NCBI GenBank assembly: GCA_025558095.1
Contig: JAIVFI010000014.1
Coordinates: forward strand, 310,001-374,000
DNA length: 64,000 bases
Source: Hyaloraphidium curvatum SAG 235-1
Lineage: Eukaryota; Fungi; Monoblepharomycota
Direction: 5' to 3'
The translations under genes were made by a program, and so were the position numbers. This document shows, in pieces, positions 36,178 to 49,838 of this stretch. Position 1 is the first letter of the stretch. Every line of letters starts with the position of its first letter. The notes under the pieces are model-generated. The model did not search any database. It saw nothing but the letters and a program-made list of their open reading frames with translations, and was not told the DNA's origin.

Positions 36178-38219
36178 ATGCACACCAACGGGACGAGTTC
36201 GCGTTCGAATGGCCTGCAGGAGCACCTGCTGCCGGGCACGAAGATAAGGCGCGTCTGTACGCGACAAGGACCAGCGTCCAAGCTCATCGACCCTCCCGCT
36301 CTTTGTTTATCGCAGACGCGAGGAGTTTGTGCGCATCGTCGTGCAGGCGTTAAGGGATGCGGGCTACCCGTGAGATGGTCCGCGAAACCCCGTGACCTGC
36401 GCTTTATCGGAGACGGTGCCAGGGGCTCCGCGGAAAGTCTCGAGGAGGAATCTGGTTTCGTTGCGGAAGCACCGAGCGTTTCCAGTTTCCGCCGGGCGGT
36501 GCTCGACGGCAACTGGACCTCTGCAGCGCAGGGACTCAATTCACTCGGGATCGATCGACCAGACATGCCGGTCCGTTCACCTACGTGCTATCTCATGCGG
36601 AGCCTCATCATGCAATGCTGCACAGATGGTGTTGTTCCTGCTGGGGCAGCAACAGTATTTGGAGCTTCTGGAGGCGGGCGAGGTGAAGCAGGCGCTGGTG
36701 ATACTCCGCAAGGACTTGGCACCCCTGGAAGTGAACCGGACGGAGCTGCACAATCTGTCGAGGTGGACTCTGGGCAATTGCGTCTCTGGGTGGTCTTCTG
36801 AAGCTCTCCGCGCCTAGCCTGATTATGTCAGGAAGTGTCGCTGAGCTCCACGCGAAAGCCAAATGGGACGGGGCGAAGGGGAACTCTCGCCAGACGCTCT
36901 TGGCAGAAATCAACAGTGTGTTTCGGCGTCTTCTTCCCAAGCCAAGGCCTCACCGCAATGCTCTTGGCAGAGTACATCTCGCCCTCTGTCATGATACCCG
37001 ATCGTCGTCTGCAGACGCTGCTGCACCAAGCCGTCAAGCTCCAGAGGGATGGATGTCTGTACCACAACACGGACGACGACGACGTGTCCTTGTACGCGGA
37101 CCACGTCTGCCAGAAGTAAGTCATGCCGCGATCAATGATGCCCAGGGGCTCACAGGCGGAATCAGAGACCGGTTTCCCAACGCGACCCTCAAGGTGTTGG
37201 AGGAGCACAAGGACGAGGTTTGGCACGTCAACTTCTCGCATGACGGGCGGGCCTTGGTCTCCGCGTCCAAAGACTCGACAGCCATTGTGTGGAGCGTTCA
37301 GGACGGCACGGTGATCCATGTCTTGGCGGGGCACAAAGATGCCGTCGCATTCGTGGCTTTCAGTCCGGACGACAAGCTTCTTCTCACATGTTCGAACGAC
37401 AAGACGTTGCGGCTGTGGGATGTGTCGACCGGATCGTGCAAAAACACGCTTAGCGCCCACACGGAGGCCGTTACATCGTGTGCATGGCTTCCTAGCGGAG
37501 ATCGCTTCGTTTCGGGTAGTCTCGATAAGCACATTTGTGTCTGGGTAGGTGCACTTGCATTGATCACCTCGCACGATCCGACGATCCTTCCGCGGTTGCT
37601 GTCAGAGTCTTGCCGGGGAGGTCGTGCACTCGTTCATGGGATCGCGCGTCACGGATCTTGCTGTCAATGCTACCGGCGACAGGCTTGTGGTCGTCTGCCA
37701 CGAGAAGAAGATTCGGCTCTACGACCTCGAGAGTTTCCAGGAGCTGCGGTGCGTTGCTCGCCTGCGCCGAATCCCCATCTCTTACCTTGTTCCTGCAAGA
37801 TCTGTGCAGGAGACGGACTCGATCACCTCGCTGTGCCTGTCAATGGACGGAACGAACGCGTTGGTCAATCTGGCCACGCAGGAGATTCACCTCTGGGACC
37901 TCTCGAACAGCAGCTTGGTGCGGAGGTTCACGGGCCACAAGCAGGGTCGCTTTGTCATCCGCTCGTCGTTTGCCGGCGTTAACCACAGCTTCGTGGCGAG
38001 CGGCAGCGAAGGTTCGTTCGCTTTCTGTTCGACCCTTCGGCGGCTGAGCACCCATCCGCAGATGCCCACGTCTACATCTGGAACAAGGATCACGGCGTCC
38101 TCATCGAGGTGCTCCGCGGACACTCTTCCACGGTCAACAGCATTGCATCATGGCGGCATCTCATTGCCTCGGCATCTGATGACGGAACGGTGCGGATCTG
38201 GGGCCCTCGCGGGGAGTGA
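36178..38219 (+). CDS. LisH/CTLH plus WD40 protein WDR26/Gid7 (GID/CTLH E3 complex), multi-exon
   Basis: Lis[50 protein letters not shown] and CLYHN; WD repeats [11 protein letters not shown]; [13 protein letters not shown]. Confidence 0.9.
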
Positions 38220-38456
38220 ATCGTGGCGCTGCAATTGCTCGGTCATGGTGCTCTATCTTCATTCGATGTAGCTTTTCCGATTAATTTCATTGATTCCCTC
38301 TTGAGATCCGGTGGTGGGCGGTCCTTAGACAGTGTGAAAAGCTGGCCGCCAGGGCCAGTAGGCAGCGGTCACGGCTGGTAGCGCGACCGAAAACAAAGGG
38401 CGCAAAAGCAAATCATCCCAACCAACTTCGCAAGCCGAACGCAACAACTGCCCAGC

Positions 38457-40105
38457 ATGGCGGACATCAAGAAGACTGAAAAGTGCGGACATGCCTGCCC
38501 CGCCCCCCTTCGGCGCCGACCGTGCTGATTCCGGTGTCCGGGACCTTCGTCGCCGTTCTTTTTTCCCCTCCTCCTTCGGCCTGCCTTCCCCCCAGATCTG
38601 AGGACTCTGCGCCCCGCAACCCCGGCGAGGATGCTTCGGGTCTCTCGGAAGTTGACGGAATCATCGAGGTCGGTTTCATTTTCGGCTTGCCGGCGCCGGG
38701 GTCGAGCGCCAACCGTTTTGTTCCGAACGCTGCAGTCCAACTGGGACGAGGTTACCGACTCCTTCGACGACATGAAACTTCGGGAGGAGCTTCTGCGTGG
38801 TATCTATGCCTATGGGTGGGTGTTTGGGCCCTCGCTAGCCGGCACGACATCCGCTCACGCTTCCTTGCAGTTTCGAGCGCCCGTCTGCGATTCAGCAGCG
38901 CGCCATCATGCCGGTTCTCAAGGGGCGCGATGTCATCGCACAGGCCCAGTCCGGCACCGGCAAAACCGCCACCTTTTCCATCTCGATCCTGCAGTCGATC
39001 GACACGAGCAAAAAGGAGTGCCAGGCCTTGATCCTGGCCCCCACTCGGGAGCTTGCTCAGCAGATCCAGAAGGTCGTCGTTGCTCTCGGCGACTACATGA
39101 ACGTGGAGTGCCACGCCTGCGTGGGCGGCACCAACTACCGCGAGGACATGCGGAAGCTCGACGCCGGCGTTCACATCATCGTTGGCACCCCCGGCCGCGT
39201 GTTCGACATGATCAACCGCAGGGCTCTGCGGACGGAGCACATCAAAATGTTCGTCCTGGACGAGGCGGACGAGATGCTTTCGAGGGGTTTCAAGGACCAG
39301 ATCTACGACGTGTTCCAGAACCTGCCCCCGACCACGCAGGTCGTCCTGCTCTCGGCCACGATGCCGATGGACGTCCTGGAGGTCACCAAGCGCTTCATGC
39401 GCGACCCTATCCGGATCTTGGTGAAGAAGGACGAGCTCACCCTCGAGGGTATCAAGCAGTTCTACATTGCCGTCGAAAAGGAGGAGTGGAAGTTGGACAC
39501 GCTTTGCGACCTGTACGACACCGTCACCATCACCCAGGCGGTGATCTTCTGCAACACCAGGCGGAAGGTCGACTGGCTTACCGAGAAGATGCACGCTCGC
39601 GATTTCACCGTCTCTGCCATGGTGGGAAACGTGCTGCGGCTCTGATGTGGTTTCTGCTCACCAGGTGCACTCCCTCGCAGCACGGCGAAATGGAGCAGGA
39701 GCAGCGGAACGTCATCATGAAGGAGTTCCGGTCCGGCTCCAGTCGTGTTCTCATTACCACCGACCTGCTCGCCCGCGGCATCGACGTCCAGCAGGTGTCT
39801 CTTGTGTAAGTCACGCACTGTCTTCGAGGCAGAACCGGCCTCTGATCCTTCGCGCTCAGCATCAACTACGACCTCCCCATGAACAAGGAGAACTACATCC
39901 ACCGCATCGGGCGCGGCGGGCGTTTCGGCAGGAAGGGCGTCGCGATCAACTTTGTCACCCAGGACGACGTGCGCATGCTGCGCGAGATTGAGTCGTTCTA
40001 CAATACCCAGATCGAGGAGATGCCCATGAACATTGCTGACCGTAGGTTGATCGGCGCGACGTTCTCGGCCCGGCCTGATTGTTCCCGCCCCTCGCAGTGA
40101 TCTAA
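38457..40105 (+). CDS. TIF1: Translation initiation factor eIF4A (DEAD-box helicase), multi-exon
   Basis: [61 protein letters not shown] and [13 protein letters not shown]. Confidence 0.97.
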
Positions 40106-40387
40106 GCGGATTGATTTGTAGTGTCTCTTGGCATCGATGTCGAATAGCATCTTATAGACTGTAGCTCGAAAAACGGCATAACTGGGACGAGCTCCGAAAA
40201 CTCCGACGCAAACAGACGGCGGCCGAGCGCGCAAAAGCCGACCCCGGCTCGAATCTCCGTCCTTTCGCCCCCGAAACTGGCGCGAGCGAGCGACGCGCTC
40301 TAGACTTCCGATGATGCGTCGAGCACGATTGTGTCCCTCTAGGATCTAGCGTGTCCGACCAGCGTTCATCGTCGGGGGCGGGATACT

Positions 40388-42416
40388 ATGGCGGACGCCG
40401 TGCTCATCGCAACAACGGCCGTCTTCGGCTGCCTGGTGGTCGCAGCGGCACTCTATTTCCTCGTGTACTTTCAGCATCCCGACGACAAGTGGGTTGCGTG
40501 GCTCCCGAAGCTCGTGGTTGTGGGTGTCGGGAATGGGGCCGCCTCAGGATGGCCCGCTCACCGGGGTCTGCCCTCAGGTCCTTGGCTTTTCCCTGGCATG
40601 CTACAACATCTTCCTTCTTCCCCTGGATGTTGCCAATCAGAAGGGCCAGTTCGCCGCCTCCGGGGGGCTGCCCATGAAGGAGCTGTGGCTCGCATTCTTT
40701 TCTGCCTCAACCGTTCTCGTGTTAGTGGTGGTACCCTTCACCATCTTCTACTACGAAGGAGAAGAAGATGACGGTCGAGACGGCGAATCTAGGCACGTGG
40801 CGCCCCAGCGCATCCGACGACGCGCGTAATCGTGTCTTGCAGGCGCCGGACATCGTCGCAGGTGATCTACGCTCTCAAGTGGCTCATACCGATGCTGGTC
40901 TTATGTGGAGGCCTTGTTGGAACCCTCTGGTGGTTCGTGGGCACCGCAGAAGTCACCGTCATAGATCTCGTTGGGAATCTGGTTCCGGGGACGGACTACA
41001 TGAGGGCCCAGCTGTGCTCTGTCGACAACCCAACGTTGGCTACAGTGGGCACAGTTGCGGCTTCGTTCGTGACGAGCTGGTGCTCAAAGACGCCACCAGT
41101 GCTCCGCGACCAGGGTAACCCTTACTCTCAAGGTGTCCGTCATGGTCTACCTCATCGCACTGACCACCCTTTTCGGATGGGTTCTTCTGGCTTTCTTTGG
41201 AGGTGTAGGATTGGCAGCTCTGCCCTTTGACCTCCTCATGGGCTGGAAGATGCGGCCGCGACCTCTGAAGACGGAAGAGTGGGTAGAGCTCTCGGCGTCT
41301 CGCCATGCGACCCTCACTCGTTCTGCCCTCGTTCTGCCAACCACCAGTTATCTAGCCCGGAAGAAAGCAATCGGCGAGAAAGCTGCTGCAATGATGGCAA
41401 TGAGCGAAACCATTGCCGCGGAGGTGAAGGAAGCCAACAGTGCCGGGTCAAGGAGCGGCAAACGGCTCCAAAAGGCAAGAGCGCTGGAGAGGAAGTTTCG
41501 CAAGGTGGGACCGACTGCTGTCGCGGCTCAGCTGGATCAACCAGGCTTCCCCAGGATGTTCTCATACTCGAGTATCACTTCCAACGCATGGAGGACGCCT
41601 ATCGGAAACAAGGGGGTGATTTCCTCCTGCAGCTAGCTTGCTTGCTGCTGGGATGCATTGGGTACGGTCTATTTTTTTCAATCAGTGTTGCTGCTGACGC
41701 ATCCGCATCACGGGTCCTCCCAACAGGGTCGCGATCTCGTTGACCTGGATCATCCATATTTGCATCTACCTAATACCGCAGCAGCTCGGGCTCTATCCCA
41801 TCGATCCGTTCCTGAACAGCTTTTTCTCCGCGGTTTCGACGGTGCCCTTCGTCGGCATCGGCTTGTATGCACTGTGGTCCTTTTGGTTGCTAGCATGCGT
41901 CATCAAGGGCAACACCAAGGTCGGCATGAGGCTTCTCTTCATTCCCGTGCACGAGATGAAGTAAGCAGCCCGATTGCAGTTAGCGAGGCAACCGCCATCA
42001 TAACCCCGGGCATGAAGAATCGGGCAGACTTTGATGAGCTCGCTGATCTTCAACGCGGGCCTGATTCTGCTATGCTCGCTGGCAGTTGCTCAGTTCTGCA
42101 CGCTTTCTTTTGCTAGCTATGCCAAGTACACGACGTCAGCCTGTGGGTAGAGCACTTGCGTTCCCTGTTCGGGGCTGCTTTGATTGTCGTCGACGACGCC
42201 CCGGCAGCGCTCTTTGCCGTGCAGATGGTGAACTTGACCGGGATCACGTACATTTACAAGGCCCTTGCCTTTGCCCTCGCGGTATTCGCAGGACTGTGCC
42301 TCATCTATATGATCTACCGGTGAGCAAGGTCGAAACGAATCGAAGAGTCAACTCACGTCCGGCGTGCGACCAGGCCCCCGCACAAGGAAATGGCACTTGA
42401 GCGGCTGAAGTGGTGA
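40388..42416 (+). CDS. LMBR1/LIMR-family multi-pass membrane protein, multi-exon
   Basis: YFLVYFQHPDDK, LLPLDVAN, PFTIFYYEGEE, GGVGLAALPFDL and PVHEMK...TLMSSLIFN. Confidence 0.85.
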
Positions 42417-42504
42417 AGGGCGCGGGCGTTTCACCGGATCTGCGCGACCCGCGTCAGGAAGTTATCGACCAGCTCATGCGTCTAGGGGGGGCAATCAGCA
42501 TCGT

Positions 42505-43026
42505 TCACAGGAAACTCGTGATCCTGCGAACCTCGCGCGACTTGTCTTCGAGCAGCGCCATTTCGTACTGGATGCGGTTAGAGTGGTTGTCAATGTCACC
42601 CATGTGGCCCTGCGTTTGGTTCTGTTGTCTGACGAGATCTGCAAGGCACTGGCTCTCGCGCTGGATGGCAACGGCTTCAGACCGGTCGAGCGATGGCTCA
42701 ACGATATACCAACGGCTGTTGCACCCAGCAGGGACCCGAGGCGGCGCACATCCTCGTCCGCGTCGGCCGTGACGTCCTTGCAACTGCTCTGGCAAATAGA
42801 ACATAGCTCTGGGCCAGTGAGCTCGAAATAGACGATTCTACACACCAGCAACTGATCTAGCGATCTTTGAAGTTGAGTGAGTCGGCGGCTGGCGTGATCG
42901 AGATCCTTGAAGGTCTGGACGTCCACGGCTGCTCGAGGGCTGAAGGTCGCCAGGACTCAATGTCAGCAGCCGGCGACAAGGGGCCGGTACTCACGGTGCT
43001 AATGCGCGCCGCCAAATTGCAGACAT
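42505..43026 (-). CDS. Small (~120 aa) coiled-coil hypothetical protein, 4 exons
   Basis: Three ~55-nt GT-AG introns join the exons in frame: MSAIWRRALAP|PRAAVDVQTFKDLDHASRRLTQLQRSLDQLL|SSCK...GATA|RESQCLADLVRQQ...RRITSFL*. Confidence 0.55.
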
Positions 43027-43755
43027 AGAAAGGGCACGTCTCTGGTTGCGACTTCGCCCGGCCGGAACGTGCGCTCCAGGAACCTCCAGAGACAGCGCCC
43101 TACGCGGGCCCACCGGTGCCCTTGCTTCCCTCCCAAGTGCTCGCGATTGTGGTTCACCCTGACTCCGTCCGCCGCCATGTCGATCCGCAGCCGGCATCCT
43201 CGCTGGAGCTTGGGACCCATCTGCCACCAAAATCGCCCCAAACGGAGTCTGGGTCGGAGTGAGATTCCGCGGAGCGGAACCCGACATCACCCACATCCTG
43301 GAGTGCTAAATGGTCGTGTTTCCAAAGAGCAAAGAGGTCCGCGATGGCGGGAGGACAATCGTCGAAGCTTCGAAAGAGGAACTTGACGGGGAATAGGACC
43401 GCCTGCTCCGACGGTCGGCGACGGCACCCTCAGCCTCCTAAGCCGTTTCCCACCTCATCGGCCGGGTTCCCAGTGTAAATCAGTGCATTCCTGTAGCTCC
43501 TGGCTGTCGTAGAAAAGGTCTTGGCCCTCTGCATGTCCCCCGGAGCATGCAAGACCCACGGTCGTCTGAGTTCCATTCGCTGGCAGAGAGGACGCGAAAC
43601 CCAGGGAGCGTAACGGGGTCCGCCGAAACCGCGACAGTTTCGGGATACGATGCCGCGACACCGGCAAGGAACTCGAGATCGGGGGACAGAAGGGTGCCCA
43701 TTGTGGCCTCTCAGTCAGTATAGCGAACCGCGCGCGTTTCTTTACTTACTCCGCG

Positions 43756-45632
43756 ATGGAGTCGATTCTGGAGACGCAGCGGCGAATGCACGAGGAGATT
43801 GAGAGGCTGGAGCAGGCAATAACTGACGAGCTTGCTCAGCGGGCCAAGACAGTGGGCTTCGTCGCCGTTCTCGCTGGAACAGTTCTGACCTTCGCGTTCA
43901 GCATCGGGACAAGATGCTCCAGGACCACCGTGTAAAGAAGTACCTGGTGCGAATCAAGGATCGTTCAAAGGCCCTGCTGGAGCTCTACGCCGATGACGAT
44001 GGGTGAGGATGCTCCGGGCCTGCCTCTCGACGAGTCCTCCACTCATGGTTCACCACCAGGCAGCGGAAAGGGGAGATCAGGGCTATCTCTGGGGCGACCG
44101 AATTCACTGAATTCTACCAGCGCTTGAGGGACATCAAGGAACACCACCGGCGCTTTCCAAATGAGGTTTTGGAGGTGATGGAGCTGGAGCTGACGGCGTC
44201 GGCGCCCGAGGAGGAGGAGGCGGAGCTGGAGAAGACGTTCACGGGGGAGGAGGCTTTCGGCAAATACCTGGATTTGCACGCTCAGCACGAGCTTTTCCTG
44301 AATCTTGGTTCCGCGGCCGAGGATCGGGCAAACGAGGGAGATAGGCCGAGGCGCTTGACATATTTGGAATACCTTTCCGAATTCGACAAGCTCGATGGTC
44401 TCCCGCGTGCCCTGAAGCAAAAAGCTGCCTACGAGCGGTGGGCTCTCTTTGACGTCTGGGGAGGATAAGCTGACGAACCTTCTGAAGCTATGTGACCTCC
44501 CTGCGCAAGTACTTGGAGGACTGGTTCGACCGCGCGCAACCGTTGTTCGATCTTGTCGCGTTGCAACGGAATGTTGAGGTCACTTTTGATGGGTTGTGGG
44601 CAACTGGCTCGGTACCTGGTTGGAGTGTAGCCCAGGGAGACTCCGAGGGGGTGTTCTGCGATGCTTGTGGGTGCCTCGACTGGGTTACGTGGCTTCGCGG
44701 CAGATTCAGATCTCCTCAGGCCAACGCGAGTTTGCCAAGCAGAGCGTTTACGATGCGCATCTTTCCGGAAAGAAGCACATCAAGGCAGCCAGCGCAATGG
44801 CGACAAAGCCGGCTGCCGACAGCACGTCGCCGAGTTTGGCCTCGAAGGATTCCAGAGCGCAGAAGGACCGAGCACTCGCTCTGCAGGAAGCTTTCATTGC
44901 CGCCTACGGATTCGAGCTGACGAGCATCAAGGAGGACACGAGAATGAACGTGGAAAGGAAACAGGCGCTGACGGACAAGGAGCGGGTGGGTCCGTCTGCC
45001 TGCTGTCCTCGTCGGTAATCTGAGCGGCAGTTCCGCAGCTTGAAGACGTTCAGGACATCGAGGTCGAAGAAGAGGTCGAGGAGGAGGAGGAGCAGATCTA
45101 CAATCCTTTGAAGTTGCCGCTGGGATGGGATGGCAAGCCGATTCCGTACTGGCTCTACAAGCTCCACGGGCTCGGCGTCGAGTACCCGTGCGAGATCTGC
45201 GGCAATTTCGTCTACATGGGACGCAAGGCGTTCGATCGCCATTTCCAAGTGAGTCCAGCGCGCTGCATTGCAGGTTCATTACAGAACATGTCCTCCCCCA
45301 GGAAGCGCGCCACGCCCACGCGATGCGTGCTCTCGGCATACCCAACTCCCGTCACTTCCACGACATCACTCTCATCGAGGATGCTTATGCGCGTAAGTTG
45401 GATCCTAAGTTGCGTCTCGAAAGGCTGATGACCGCCACCCCAGTTTGGGAGAAGCTCAAGTCCAAGTCCAAGACCGAGGACTTCAGACCCGATGTCATGG
45501 AGGAATACGAGGACCAAGATGGCAACGTCTTCAACAAGAAAACGTGGGTGATCCCCCTTTCGATCCAACGGCAGGTATCGCTGACTGTCAAACAGCTACG
45601 AAGATCTTCTCCGGCAGGGACTGCTGTCTTAG
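43756..45632 (+). CDS. PRP9: Splicing factor SF3a60/Prp9, multi-exon
   Basis: [59 protein letters not shown]...CEICGN...FDRHF and [19 protein letters not shown]. Confidence 0.97.
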
Positions 45633-46260
45633 CCCCCCCCTTGACGGATCACCGGCGCGCGTCGACTTCCTCGACCACCAGCTGCCTTTGGATCACGTGG
45701 CGCTGGTATCGACAGAGATTCCTGCGGGGCGCCGCGCGTCAGGACAGTTTGGCGCGACCCCGGGGCACGAAACCGACCAGCCGCCGACGGAAACGACGCC
45801 GAATGTTGCGAAGAATCGGTTACCGACCTTGACCGCTGGCGCACCCCGGAGATGCGACACGATGGCGACCGCCGCAGCCGATCCCTTTTCACGGGCTGTC
45901 AGAGGTGACGCGTGGGACGGAGAGGCAGAACCACCATTCCGAGTAGCAGCGACGTGCTAGCACATGGCAAACGGGCGATGTAACCTGGTGCCAACTCCTC
46001 TGGTTGCACGCTCTGATCGGATGTCAGCGCGTCCACGCGGGAAGTCCAGAGCTGCCACCTTTATGAGATTCGAGGCCGTCAGCTCTGGTTGCGCCTTTTG
46101 CGCGGGCTTGTCCTCGCAGTCATCGCAGTGCGATGCCATGGAAGCGGCTAAGCGGCGGTGGATCCGATGGGACCTTGAACCAGGCCCTCCGCCCTCGAGC
46201 GTGACCGTTCGGCGAGCGCGCGATCACGCGCGAGTCCCGCCCCCTGACGACCTCCAACCG

Positions 46261-46883
46261 ATGTGTGGGCACCGGGTCCCGGCTAGCGCCACCCTGGAAC
46301 CGAAGCTCACACCTGCATCGTTTTGCAGGCAAGCATATCCTCAACGCCCAGGTCTCCGTGCGGGCACCATGTTGCCGCCGCTGGTTCGACTGTCCCCAAT
46401 GCCACGCGGAGGTGTCCGACCACAAGCTGCGGAAAACGACGGAAATGGTCTTTGCCTGCAAGAAGTGCAAGAAGGTCTTCCGGAAAGACATAAGGTCAGC
46501 GACGCGTCCGGGGCTCTTGCGCCGCGATGCCCATGGTCCCGCGGTCCCACGGCCCACAGCGAGTTCGACGAAGCGGACGAGTTCTGTCCTCATTGCGACA
46601 ATCATTTCATCATCGAGGGTATGGATCCAGCCGGTGTGGAGCGACCGGGGCCGGGGCCGAGAGTCTCACTCCTCCCGCACCCCGGCAACAGCCGACGAGC
46701 CCGTGCCCATCATGGCCGTCGAAGCGGAAGACGCTCGGATTGATTCTAGGTGAGCTCACGTGCCCATCTACACCATTGGATCGGGCCATGCGGGAAGGCG
46801 GATGCTCACCTGTTTGCCGCAGGATTCTAAAGGATCCCAGAGCGAAAGCAAAGAAGGTGGAAGACATTGTGGTGGGTGCCTAA
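46261..46883 (+). CDS. CHY-type zinc-finger protein (small fungal family), 5 exons
   Basis: M|CKHILNAQVSVRAPCCRRWFDCPQCH...FACKKCKKVFRKD...CPHCDNHF. Confidence 0.88.
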
Positions 46884-47563
46884 TTGTGATTGTGTTTCTC
46901 CTCCCCGGTCTTGACCGCTTGGTCGCTCGTCAGGACGAGATGATGGCCGAGATGCTTGGCTAGGTGGCCGACAGCAACCGAGGCTGGACCGTTCACTCTG
47001 GAGGACCTCATCTGGTTTCTGTGGGATACCTGTGATACTCGCATCGACGATACCGTACATTGGGAGCTGTCGAGCTCATGTCTGGTTCATGGTGGTGTGG
47101 TGTAGTGAATGTAGAGCGGTGGGCACCTCGAACGCGGCATCAGAAGCCCGAAGAGAGCAAGGGCGACACATTTCTTCACCTCCTGGCACTCTTGGGACCG
47201 AAAACCGAGGGCCAGTCACCTCCTTGACTTGGGGGTCCTCTTCGAGTATCGACCGTCTAAGTAATATCCGTATCTGTACATAAAAGGATATCATCCCGCG
47301 CCGGCCGGTGGGACGTAGCCTCGCTTCCGGAAGGCGGTAAAGATATCAGTAGTGCCGCGAATACATAGAATAGATAGGCGTTGCATGTTGCACATGAAGG
47401 TGGGGTCCTCTTCCGATCGGCGCAAGTCCCAAATAACACTTCCAATTCGCACGCGCCCAGAGCCCATCTTGGGCGGCTCTGGCCCTTTCCGATGCGGCGT
47501 TAGCATCGCCCTCTCCCTATCGTTGGGCTTGCTGCTCTGCGGGCGCCGGAGTGGTGCGGGAGG

Positions 47564-49810
47564 ATGCAGGCCGCCGGCGCTCCCAAGATGCACGCTGCCG
47601 CGGCGTACGCCAAGCCAGCCAACGTGCCGCCCCTCCCGACACCATCATCGCCGACGGCACATTCTCCCATGGGCTCGCCGCACCACCAGGTGCCTGCGGT
47701 GCCCCCGCCGTCGGCTCCCCCGGCTGGACTCAACCCCATGACTGTCGGTGGCCTGCCCGGGTGCCATTGGAAACAGCTTTCGCTTACCAGGAACGCACTC
47801 GTTGCCATTTTTTGCTTTAGCTCATGCCGAAGGACATGGCGCGGCTGGCGGTGAACAAGGCGGACGGGGAATCCAAGTCGACCGCGGCTCGCGTCAAGGC
47901 CAAGGAGCCGATTCCCCTGAACCGAACCCCGCGGCGGCAGAGGTCTTCGAGATTCCACATCGCAGAAAGAGTTGAGCTGGAGAAGCTGGTCGGGTTCAAC
48001 GGTCCGTGCCCAGCGGAAGGTCGCGCCTCGAGGTTCTCATTTTCGAACCCCAGATGTCGGACCCGGGGAGCGGAACGACCTCCTGCTGAAGAAGATTCTG
48101 CAGTGCAAAGTGCTGTTTGACTTCAGCGACCCGCTTTCGGACCTCAAGGGCAAGGAAATCAAGCGTCAGACCCTGACGGAGCTCGTAGACTACATTGGGA
48201 GCTGTCGGGGAGCCGTCGGAGACATGGCGCACCTGGAACTCATAAACATGGTGCGTAGTGCTTGTTCTCCCTCTTTGTTTCTGGCTCTTTTGACCGGGGA
48301 TGGACAGATTTCCGTGAACCTTTTCCGCCCTCTCGCACCTCGGCTCAACCCCTCGGGCGAGGCATTCGATCCCGAAGAGGATGAGCCGGTCCTTGAGATG
48401 GCTTGGCCACATCTGCAAATCATCTACGAGCTCTTCCTGAGGTTCATCGAGTCGCAGGAGTTCAACACCAACATCGCCAAGAAGTACATTGACCAACAGT
48501 TCATCCTTTCGGTGAGGTGGTCTCAATCGCGGAAGAAGGAGTCACTGACTGTATCGCAAGCTGCTGGACCTGTTCGACAGCGAAGACCCCCGGGAACGTG
48601 ATTTCCTCAAGACCACGCTCCACCGCATTTACGGCAAATTCCTCAGCCTGCGATCTTTCATCCGGCGATCCATCAACAACGTGTTCTTCCAGTTCATGTA
48701 CCAGACCGAAAAGCACAACGGCATTGCGGAGCTTCTCGAAATTCTGGGCAGGCAAGTGTCGCCGCGGCGTGACATCAAAAGCTCGCCCACTGATTGCTCG
48801 TCCTTTTCAGCATCATCAACGGATTTGCGCTGCCCTTGAAAGAGGAACACAAGACGTTCCTCCTCCGTGTCTTGATTCCACTGCACAAGACCCGTTCTTT
48901 GAGCCTCTACCATCCCCAGCTGGCTTACTGCATCATCCAGTTCCTGGAGAAGGACTCCTCGCTGACGAAGGATGTGAGGAACTGATTCGAAGACTCGAGC
49001 GTCTTTGCTGATCCATTCCCAAAGGTCGTTCTCGGAATCCTCCGCTTCTGGCCGAAGGTCAACAGCCCGAAAGAGGTCATGTTCCTCAACGAGATCGAGG
49101 AGATTCTGGACATTGTTGACCCGCCGAACTTTGCCCTCGTGGCCGATCCTCTCTTTCGCCGCATTGCCAAGTGCATTTCGAGCCCGCACTTCCAGGTCTG
49201 GGCAAACCGCGCCTTCGCGCCTCCGGTGGCGCCTAACCCTTGCCGTCCAGGTGGTTGAGCGAGCACTCTACCTCTGGAACAATGACTACATTGCGAATCT
49301 GATCCACGATCATGCGGACATGGTTCTTCCACTTGTGTTTGGAGCCCTGAGTACCGCATCCCGAAGCCACTGGAACCGCGGCATAGCGATCCTAGTCGAG
49401 AACACCTTGAAGGGCTTCCTGGACAACCATCCGGACCTGTACGAGAGGTGCAGGGAGGCCAGCAAGGCCGCGAGGATTAGGTGAGTCCTGCCGGGGCCGA
49501 CGGTAGAATGATGCCAACTCGGGCCTTTGGGCAATCAGGGAACACAAGAGGTGGAAGGACCGGGTGCGAATATGGTCCGATCTCACAGCCGCAGCAAGAG
49601 CCGAAGCCGGGCGCTTGGGCATATCGCCCGGTGTCGTTTTGGACTCACTTCCTGCCGGTGCGGAACCGGGTGGGGACCATCTTTCTGGGCCTGGCCTTGA
49701 TCGAACCGACGCGCCGCCGACCCCTCTTGTCGCCGGGAGGTTGGGTGATACCAGAAGCTTGGACTAGGACGCAGATGATCCGCGAAAGCGCCGCATTGAC
49801 TCCATTGTAG
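47564..49810 (+). CDS. PP2A regulatory subunit B' (B56; Rts1/Par1-like), multi-exon
   Basis: [69 protein letters not shown] and HFQVVERAL. Confidence 0.95.
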
Positions 49811-49838
49811 ATAGTAGCATTAGCACCTTGTCCGTTCG

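Noticed and set aside
42900-42940. RAAVD motif recalling synaptonemal protein TEX12
   Set aside because: A five-residue match in the wrong part of the protein; insufficient.
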